From assembly GCA_000934665.2 (NCBI GenBank), contig KZ538492.1:46887-66886 (forward strand): a stretch of 20,000 bases of DNA. The letters run 5' to 3'. Positions 12,156 to 20,000 of the stretch are shown here, piece after piece. Below the pieces are notes generated by a model, which did no database searches, had not been told where the DNA came from, and saw only the letters and a list, made by a program, of their open reading frames with translations. The stretch's first letter is position 1; every line of letters begins with the position of its first letter. The stretch is from Catajapyx aquilonaris (Eukaryota). The position numbers and the translations under genes were made by a program.

Positions 12156-12863
12156 CAGGAAGTGTGTCACCGTAATCATGTCTAGTCAAAGCAACTCCAG
12201 TCCTAAAAAAACACATTTTTAAAAATATACCGGTGTTGATGAGTGTTTACCAGTGTGCGGAGGTGGGCTAGTGATCAAAGACCGCTTCTCATTTAAAAAT
12301 ATTTTGTCATTTTTGTCAAGGTTGTAAAAGCTGCAACGCGTCACTGTCATATGCCAAACATCCAACTCGGATAGACTTGTACTAACTTGTGTTCAGAGAC
12401 TACTTTTTCCCCCCTCCATTCACCTTGCCCACCTCCAGGAAATATTAATTGTGCACACAGGAAAGTAGTGAACGAACAAAAATGTTTTCACGCATTGTAA
12501 TAATTGTATAGTATGGTACAATACCTCTCCCTGATTTGATATGCTGTAACAATATAATTATTATTGTGAACAATTTGCAAATTTTATTCGCGTCTCACCC
12601 GCAGGAACGTTCAAAAGGATTCAAGAGCATCAGAGCATAGACCAAGGTTTGTTCATACGTCTCATATCTTGACATTCAAAGACTGGACGGTTAAATACGG
12701 GAGAATTTCACTTCAGTTTCAGAACTGGGCCAAAAATAATGGCAAACCGCCAAACCGTTACACTGCTGGCGAATGTAAACGCGATTCTGGAGAGCAGTGA
12801 TTATACCAAGCAGTGATCTTTTGGTGATTAGCTGCGCTTTTTTCTGCCCGCCGATTCAGATCA

Positions 12864-12874
12864 AAGATGGCGGC
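12864..12874 (+). promoter_or_regulatory. YY1/Pho-type motif AAGATGGCGGC overlapping the gene 2 start codon
   Basis: Exact AAGATGGCGGC match; this motif commonly overlaps start codons near TSSs. A second copy lies at about 13603-13613. Confidence 0.35.
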
Positions 12875-13029
12875 CGCCAGTTGGGCGGGAGGGGCACGCT
12901 GCCTCCTCCTCCTCCTCAGGGCCTTCTGCCTCTCCCTCCCTTCCCTGCTTCTGAGGCACGCTGCTGCAGCGGAGGCGGGCCAGGGCCGGCAAGGCTGCAG
13001 CACCAGCACACTGGCCCTGAACCACACCG
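12867..13029 (+). CDS. Gene 2 putative exon 1 (signal-peptide-like; alternative donor at 13048)
   Basis: MAAASWAGGARCLLLLLLRAFCLSLPSLLLRHAAAAEA; GC-rich; donors CCG|GTGGGC and TGG|GTCAGC are both phase 1. Confidence 0.5.
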
Positions 13030-16000
13030 GTGGGCACGAGGACCTGGGTCAGCTCAAAACCCCCCCCACGAGCATAATAACCAAGCCCTATTTCATATAA
13101 TTAATAATTGCAGCAATCCCTTGCACTTTGCAGGCAGCCACTCCACAGGGACTGGCATGATGACGCACCGCCAGGGATTTGCCCCTGCCTCCACGTTGGA
13201 CCTCAGCGGCAATGGGACTGGTGGCGGTGGCGGCCTGTGGTGGGAGGCACTGATGATGGTAAGGCGGTTGAAATAGGGGGATTGGTACTGCCAAAATATT
13301 AGAGGAAGGTAATTCACTGGTTCCAAACATACCCCTAGCCTGCAATGATCATTTCAAAGGCAAATTACTAGTTTACTCAGGAAATCCTTGCATAGTTTCC
13401 AGAAATAATTTGCAAAGGTCTGTCTAGATTTTGAAGAACTGTCCTGACGACAAAGCTATGTCATTATAAAAATTGTACTTCGCTGCCGAGATCCAAGGGA
13501 AAGAAGTTGATTTCAAGCAAAAATTTGCAATATGCTGGCCTTTGGCCCCAATTGACCAATTTCCAGATGCGCGCCTCGCGCAGCCAATTTTGGCTTGCCC
13601 ATCAAGATGGCGGCGAAATGAGTGCAGAGGCGGGACTTCCCAATCCCTGCCCATGTTAAATGGCCTCTGCTTGCTCGCGTCTGGGGGTCTGGCCCCGGGG
13701 CAGATCTTGTTGACATATTTTTTTGTGGAGTGAGGAGGTTCCTGGCCTGCCCTCACCAGGCCCCTGGGCGGACTGCCCTCGGAGTGATTTTGTGAGTACG
13801 AGCTTGGCGGAGCTTCTCATTATATATCCCGTCTCTTTTACTTATTGTCCGCGCGACCGCGTCGGATGGTTTGGCCCCGGGGCAGATCTTGCTGGTTATT
13901 TTTTTGGAGTAACCAGAGACCGGACCTTCCCTTACCACGTGCCTGAAGTGAATCGGCCCCGAGGCGAAGTGCCCCCGGACTCGGAGTGATTTGGTGACCG
14001 TGCTTTTCTCATTATTTATTATCAAGTTATTATCTATAGGCTCCGATTAATTGTCCGCGTCTGGTGGTTTCGCCCCGGGCAGATCTTGCTGAGAAGTTTT
14101 TAAATGGTTCCACTAATTTCATAAATTAGTGTCACATTTTAGACTCCCAGCATTAATTTCATAAATTAGTGTCACATTTTAGACTCCCAGCATAACAGAA
14201 CTGTTGCAAAAATATGCACGTATAGGCCTACGGTATACCGGTACCGGTATACGGTACATTCGTATTGCAATCATTTATTAGAATAAATGACAGATTTTTT
14301 TTAAATGAGCAAGCTACAAACTTACACAAACATAGTCAAAAGGGTTCATCCTCAGCAAGATCTGCCCCGGGGCCAAACCGCCAGACACGGACAATCGGAG
14401 CCTAGACATATATAAAAAAAGCGCGGTCACCACTACATAAAACAAAATCACTCCGGGTCGTGGGGCACTTCGCCTCATGGCCGATTCACTTCAGGCACCT
14501 GGTAAGGGAAGGTCCGGCCTCTAGTTACTCCAAAAAAAATATAACCAGCAAGATCTGCCCCAGGGCCAAACCATCCGACGCGGTCACGCGGATAATAAAT
14601 AAGAGACGGGTATAATGAGAAGCTCCGCCAAGCTCATACTCACAAAATCACTCCGGGGCAGTCCGCCCGGGGGCCAATTAACTTTTGGAACCTGGTGAGG
14701 GCAGGCCAGGAACCTCCTCACTCCACAAAAAAATATGTCACCAAGATCTGCCCCGGGGGGACAAGCTGAAGAGGCAGGTGGGAGGCAGGAGGGAGGGAGG
14801 CTGAAGAGGCAGGGAGCAGATGGGAAGGCTCTCCACCGTTCCTAAGGAACATTATGAAGAAGTTGGGTTTCGGTACAAAATTACAATGAGGGCCTGGTTG
14901 CAGCTCATCGAATTGAATTCCTGGGGGTGATTAAAGAGGCCAGTGAGGAGGCCAACCCATGACCCAGAATATACATGGACGAGCTGTGGATCCAAATGTA
15001 TGACAAAGCCAGGTTGGGACCAGTGCAGCAAACCAGAAAAATTCAGGTGGAAAGGGATGACCAATTATTCTGGAGTGACATTAGGCTACGGAAACTTCAA
15101 AAGATTCACATGCTTTCAGAGGTCAAGTTTCCATGTGTTTCACAGTTGTTACATAATGACAAATTCTGTTGCGGTGAGAAGAATTTGAACACTGTTACTA
15201 AGAGAGTTTTATTTTGTTCGCAGGATGATGAATACTTGATGCCAGCTGTAGGGGCAACAATATCAGTGGTCATTGGCACTGCTCTGGCCTGCTGGCTGCT
15301 TTCCAAGCTCTTGCATGGTCATCCACCCCAGAGGAGCCCACACATGTCACCACAAGCACAGACCTTGCATCAGAAGAAGTCCTCGTGGACCACATCCCTG
15401 CCTCCACTATTCACTCAGAGTGGGCAGGTCAAGGCAGCCAACCCATCGTTCTTCCCTTCTCTTGATGAGTTGCAGCAGCTACCAGCTACTAGCAATGATG
15501 AGCTAGAGCAGCTTGACAGTGATTACTCAGGTGGTCCTGCCAGTCTGCTGAGTAAATGCAGGATTGGCCGAATCAACACACAAGCACAGTGTCCCGAGAA
15601 GAGTGGGACACATCGTCCATGCCTGGAAGATGAGCTGGATAGGCTGAGCTTGAAAGACTTTGACGAGGAGTGTGCTTCTTCCAGGTCCACTCCCTCAGCC
15701 GACCACTCGTCTGTTGGGAGCCAAGCCTCTTTCTGGCACTCCAGGTCAGTAATTTTAACCATTGCTTTCCAATTATTGACATTCAGTCTCAGAGTGCATT
15801 TAACAGCCAATGTTGCTTAGGCCTCAGCCGTGTCCATCACCCGCACAGTCATCGCCTGGAGGTTGGGGAAGCAGTGTTTGCCCTCCAAGACTCCATATTT
15901 TCAGTGGGACTGTGTCGACAACCATGAAGCTGGGTGCTGCAGCCTCTGTCTGGAGTGAAAAGTATTCTCTGCCCAGCCAGGCTCTCCTAGGGTTCCATCC

Positions 16001-16436
16001 ATCGTCCTCTCCAGCATCTTCCAGTGGCTTTCATTCCCTCAGCTCTTCCACATCATTAGGCAGCTGCCCGGGAGGGATTTGGAGCTGGAGGGAGGGGAGG
16101 GGCGGCCTTCAGCATCACAGCAAGAAGCACTGCCATTGCCACTGCCACTGCTGTTGTCACATGTTGCCTTCCAAGGAATGGAATGAGTGCCAAGATTCAG
16201 GCGCGGACAGTGTTGATTCAGATAGGGAAGACGTGCAGTGCAAGGGAAGGAAGAGAAGGGAACGAGGTAAGCGGCGGAAGGGTAGAAATTGGAGTGTAAA
16301 CGCCCTTCTCCTGCTTGTCACCGTGGCCAACTTGGCAACCTTGCTGTGCCTTCTTCATGTCCTTTACCTGCCGGAGTCACCTTTTAAGGCTGCTCAGTCG
16401 TCCAGTCATCAGCACAGAAGGGAGACATTTGGATAG
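12867..16436 (+). CDS. Uncharacterised membrane protein; model join(12867..13029,13134..13258,15224..15744,15821..16436), about 474 aa
   Basis: ATG in AAAGATGGCG context followed by a Leu-rich signal-like segment. Splice sites are phase-consistent: 13030 GT (or 13048)/13133 AG phase 1; 13259 GTAAGG/15223 AG phase 0; 15745 GTCAGT/15820 AG phase 2. Spliced length is 1425 nt ending in TAG. No family recognised. Confidence 0.55.
13134..13258 (+). CDS. Gene 2 putative exon 2
   Basis: GC-rich block between AT-rich flanks; acceptor cccttgcactttgcag|, strong donor ATG|GTAAGG; open frame GSHSTGTG...LWWEALMM. Confidence 0.5.
14114..14193. repeat. Perfect 2 x 40-bp tandem duplication
   Basis: taatttcataaattagtgtcacattttagactcccagcat occurs at 14114-14153 and 14154-14193. 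Confidence 0.95.
14233..14252. repeat. Perfect 20-bp palindrome
   Basis: gtataccggtaccggtatac equals its own reverse complement. Confidence 0.95.
15224..15744 (+). CDS. Gene 2 exon 3 (TM helix followed by a Ser/Pro/acidic region)
   Basis: Acceptor ttttattttgttcgcag|; TM LMPAVGATISVVIGTALACWLL; donor CAG|GTCAGT; lies within the 281-aa ORF 14975..15820. Confidence 0.68.
15821..16436 (+). CDS. Gene 2 exon 4 (Ser-rich region, His/Cys tract, basic patch, C-terminal TM helix)
   Basis: Acceptor tgttgcttag| at 15820, phase-compatible with the 15745 donor; lies within the 208-aa ORF 15810..16436; TM ALLLLVTVANLATLLCLLHVLYL. Confidence 0.68.
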
Positions 16437-17199
16437 TAAGTCAGGTTTGTATGCCTGTTGCGCTTTCATGATATTGCATGTGTTTGTGTCCTTGTCAGCC
16501 ACATAGAAGTGTTCAGTTTTGCTCAAAAAGACAAAAATTGACTATTTTGGATGCCAATTAATGCCTCAGAAAATGACTGTTGTGCAGGAATGGTTTAAAT
16601 CTTGTAACAATGGTGTTCAGCTTTACACTGTGTACCAGCTTCGTGAGTAATTATGTATGTGACAAAAGTTAAAGGAGTGAAACAAAAAGAGAAATTTCCC
16701 TTGATTTATTTCCAAACATTCTTTCTTGGACAAAGGAAGGTTGCTCTAACCGTGAACATGGAACTTGGGTAGTGATGTCCCTAGTCATTTTTTGAGAAAG
16801 TGAAAGTCATTGTTGCTCTTGCAATGGGAGTACCAAATTTCTGATTGCACTGCTGTTGCACTGTGGTATGCTTTTCAGGTGGAAAGGTAAGGGTAGTACT
16901 CCAGTTTTGCTTATTACACAGAAATTTTTGAAAGTTGTACATTGCTGTAGTTGCAAACAGGGAATGCTAAGCTGTCACAGGTCTTTACACCTCAGGGCGT
17001 TTCTGCCTCAGCCTCGAGGTGTCCTCACCTCGCTCCCATCGCTGGCTCCAGGATCTGCAGGCCCCCTGATTCACTTAAGCATAACTTGGCACCTCTTTCA
17101 GGCACTCCCATGCCCATGATAATGCGCAACCCGACAGCACCCTCTGCCAGGTCTGTTAATTTGGAGTGCAAGGTTGAGCTAGAACAATAAAACAAGTGC

Positions 17200-17700
17200 A
17201 GGAATTTTGCACCAATTTTGAAACATTTTGTACCACCGAGAAAGAGTTTTGCACCCCTATAGTTCGTGAGTTATTAAGGAAAAAAAAATTTGCACTCCAA
17301 GTTTACGCTGGAGTGCAAGTCACTCAAAGTAACAGTTTCTTTGCCCTATCAAATTCTCCTCACTTTGCAACCTTTGTACATCAAGTACATCGAGTTTTGC
17401 ACCCCTCTCCTTATGCGGAAAAAATCCACTGAAAATCTGGCGCGGGAGCGCGGGCCATTCAAATTGTGATTTTGGAAAAAAGTTGTACTTGATACCACTC
17501 CATGTTCAACTTTTTGGTGAGTAAACGCTAGAATCTGACTACAGAATGTGACGAGTTATGTACCACCAAGATATAGTTTTGGACCACCTTAACTTCACTT
17601 CATTTTGGGATTTTAGACGGCACTCCCAACTATTTGTGAATCTGACTCGACAGAATGTGCCGAGTTTTGTACCACCAAGGAAGAGTTTTGCACGACCTTG
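17200..17700. repeat. Cluster of degenerate direct repeats (ttttgtaccacc / gagttttgcac motifs), probably a DNA-transposon subterminal remnant
   Basis: ttttgtaccaccgagaaagagttttgcac (~17226) resembles ttttgtaccaccaaggaagagttttgcac (~17665); gaatctgact..cagaatgtg.cgagtt.tgtaccaccaag occurs at 17531 and 17638; gagttttgcacccct occurs at 17244 and 17392. Confidence 0.55.
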
Positions 17701-18179
17701 AATTTTCCCCTTTTTGGAGATTCCTTTTTGGGGCATCCCTTCAAAAATGATTCCCTTTTGGGGAGGTGGCGGCAACAATACGCGGTGGCGGACCAATCAG
17801 AGGGCTCGGTCAAAGTCCGCAGGCATTTTAATATTATAGATTTGAAAATTTTGTATTGGAATTTTTTGAAATATTTGATGACAGCACAATCTAAACGGAC
17901 TGTGCTTCCTCGCTTATTTTTTTTTATTATTCATTTATTTTATTTTCCGTACCCCTTGATGGCCCTCTATGGGCCTTTCGGGGGGTGGCCTACCATCATT
18001 TGGTTTTCAGTTTTCTACTTTTCTTCAAACTCCGGAGCAAGGATTACTAGGAAATGGGGTAAGGGTCGGGGATTTTTGGGGAGGGGACACAGGTGCAGGT
18101 GCATTGTCCAGCGGTGGGCCAGGTGCAGTCCCCCAGGAGGCCAGGTTGCCAAGACGCCTCCTCAGGCGCGGGTCACGAC

Positions 18180-18243
18180 CCATTGACGCAAGCGAAAGGT
18201 TTGTTCCCGGGCGGGGATTAGAACCCGGGACCTTTCGCATAGC
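18180..18243 (-). mobile_element. 5'-truncated tRNA-derived SINE-like fragment
   Basis: The minus strand reads gctatgcgaaaggtcccgGGTTCTAATCCccgcccggg, with a pol III B-box/T-arm-like motif (consensus GGTTCGANTCC). No A-box or full cloverleaf. Confidence 0.45.
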
Positions 18244-18916
18244 TTCCTCGCTTATAATGGATCCTACCAAAAATTAAATTAGCATACTATCCACCAAAGA
18301 AAAAGATCCGTGCTCTCGTCCAACCTGATCTCGTTAAAAGCCTGGGCACAACCACGACATGGGAATGGTCGCACTATCTGACAGTTTAATCCTGACTGAG
18401 TCTCTCCTACACTTTCCTCCTTGGACTTCTTGGACGACATGATCCTGGCTGCGGTTATCAAGTTACTCATTGCAACAGATGCTTAATTACACGGCCACAT
18501 ACCCGCCATTCCCAGAATGTATTATGCAGACTTTGTTTCCTTATTGTTACCAGTATGACATGTGTCAATAATCATCCCCATATATATATAAAGCTCAATA
18601 TTTGTACGTATTAATGTATGTCACGCCTAATTAAGCCACTTCCCGGGCACGGAGAGCGCTCAAATTTCTCAGAGCCATGTCTTACATATCACTGACCCCG
18701 AGAAAAGTCCCAAACCCGAACTTTTTTGAGTCTAAGGGGGGGTTTTCAGCAGATTAAGCAATTGCCTAGCAACCCTGGCTGTCAACAAGCCCAAAGGATG
18801 GATCTGCCTCTCTCACTCATGCTCTACAATAATCAACATTGCATAATTATTCAACAATGGAAACAATAGAACAACGGGCTGGTTGGCAAGAATAATAATT
18901 GCAGTACACGTAATAG

Positions 18917-19055
18917 CAAGGGGGTAATCACTTCGGTACTCCGGTGTACACCTGGGAGTGGTACTCCCTGGTACTCCTCAGGCACCTCACTCTTTATTAC
19001 CGCCTTTAATTTGGTACTCCAGTGTACACTTTTCAGTCGAGTGATTACCCCCCTT
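18917..19055. mobile_element. 139-bp MITE-like element with perfect 16-bp terminal inverted repeats
   Basis: caagggggtaatcact (18917-18932) and agtgattacccccttg (19040-19055); internal direct repeat ggtactccRgtgtacac at 18935 and 19013. Confidence 0.55.
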
Positions 19056-19557
19056 GACACGTAGGGTATTGTAACAATGAACGGTTGGAGTACTTCGGGG
19101 AGTGCCGAGATCAATACCGAACAATACAGTACTGTACAGTGCATATCGATAGAACCTACCACAAGGCACCAGGAAACACAGAGGAAAGAAGAGCAGGTAT
19201 ACGTTCGTGTGTTTGGTCTCAGAAGTGTTGGAGTGATGCCTTCGTGTTCAGATTGTCTTATCATCATGATTATTTTTTTAAATTCCGATACAAAATTTTC
19301 GAATGTAATTTTAAAACCGGGGTTAATGCGAAACGGCGTAAAATGGAGCGGCGTAAAACGGGTACCTACTGTATTATTTTGATAATTGGACGGTGTTATG
19401 CAATAATGCGTCAACCCACGCGAGACCAGTTTTGAGAAAAAGGGCTTTGAAGGTCATACCTGTGAAATTAATTCAGTGTTCTTTCTGGTCATTTGTCGTA
19501 GAAGAATGCAGATTTCACCAACGTGATATTAACTGAATGAAGTAGGATCCTTCAGGT

Positions 19558-19623
19558 CAGGGTTCTTAGCCTGGGGTGCCCGCACCTCCAGGGGGTGCGA
19601 GGTGGCTTCCCTGGGGGTGCGAG
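19558..19623 (+). mobile_element. hAT-like transposon terminus fragment
   Basis: cagggttcttagcctggggtgcccgcacctccagggggtgcgag...gggggtgcgag resembles the CAGGGGTTCTCAACCTGGGG... ends of non-autonomous hAT elements (pattern recognition only). Confidence 0.35.
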
Positions 19624-20000
19624 CAAGGTGCACCTCTGGCCTTAATCTAACCAGGTCAGTTGCTGATTCCTCCTCCAGTGGGGTGGGGGACACTTGATTT
19701 CTCAAAGTACCACGTTGCATAGTTTAATATTTAATTTCATATTGAGAGTTTGTCGTCTGAGATGGGCAGGGGTGGGGGGCGGGACGGGTAGTCATAGGTT
19801 TATTTTTACAAGTTTTAATTTAGTTCATATTTTGGGTTAGCTTGTGGCTCCCGTCATCGCTGACTACCCCTTATAGGGAAATGTCGTGATGGTGATGATG
19901 GCTTATAGTCGCCTAGGCAAGCAACATTTTTCATAAGAAAACTGCACTTAATGAGGAGAACACCAAACTTGGCATACATCATGCCCACACCTATTGTCAA

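Larger units (their letters stand above)
13693..14758. mobile_element. Foldback/MITE-like element: ~400-bp imperfect inverted arms (13693-14093 and 14351-14758) around a 257-bp spacer; non-coding
   Basis: The arms align as reverse complements over their whole length, e.g. ccccggggcagatcttgttgacatatttttttgtggagtgaggaggttcctggcctgccctcaccagg versus cctggtgagggcaggccaggaacctcctcactccacaaaaaaatatgtcaccaagatctgccccgggg. The inverted repeat is certain; the transposon origin is inferred and no TSD was found. Confidence 0.75.

Noticed and set aside
13196..13213. LDLSGN, resembling a leucine-rich repeat
   Set aside because: Single occurrence with no further LRR units.
12797..13276. 159-aa continuous ORF
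   Set aside because: Starts at GTG and crosses an AT-rich intron-like stretch; better explained as exon 1 (different frame) plus exon 2 of gene 2.
13691..14093. CRISPR-like repeat/spacer pattern
   Set aside because: Only three ~19-bp boxes per arm, the 160-180-bp intervals share internal homology, there are no cas genes and the context is eukaryotic.
18200..18260. tRNA gene
   Set aside because: Only a T-arm/B-box-like part is present; no D-arm, A-box or acceptor stem.
18761..18773. RFX X-box-like ATTGCCTAGCAAC
   Set aside because: Imperfect match with no associated gene start in the window.
18851..19414. 187-aa minus-strand ORF and overlapping plus-strand ORFs
   Set aside because: No domain similarity; overlaps the MITE-like repeat; likely chance ORFs.
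19558..19944. Complete hAT MITE using taagaaaactg (19934-19944) as the right TIR
   Set aside because: Only a 9/11 TIR match and the flanking 8-mers (cttcaggt versus cacttaat) do not form a TSD.

Overview
Eukaryotic genomic DNA with GT-AG introns, probably from an arthropod (inferred from gene content only). The main feature is a complete 7-exon + strand gene (CDS 6165-12155, about 1433 aa, all six intron phases consistent). It encodes a Venus kinase receptor (VKR): signal/hydrophobic N-terminus, an extra ProX/OpuAC-like binding-protein module, a Venus-flytrap (ANF-receptor/GABA-B-like) domain, one TM helix and an insulin-receptor-like tyrosine kinase. About 710 nt downstream is a second, unrecognised + strand gene model (12867-16436, about 474 aa; signal-like N-terminus, two TM helices, Ser-rich loop, His/Cys tract, basic patch). 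Its predicted 2-kb intron holds a ~1.07-kb foldback: ~400-bp inverted arms built from ~180-200-bp subunits, around a spacer with a 40-bp tandem duplication and a perfect 20-bp palindrome. Positions 1-5600 and 16500-20000 look non-coding, with small MITE/SINE/hAT-like remnants in the last 3 kb. No CRISPR array, rRNA or intact tRNA was seen.
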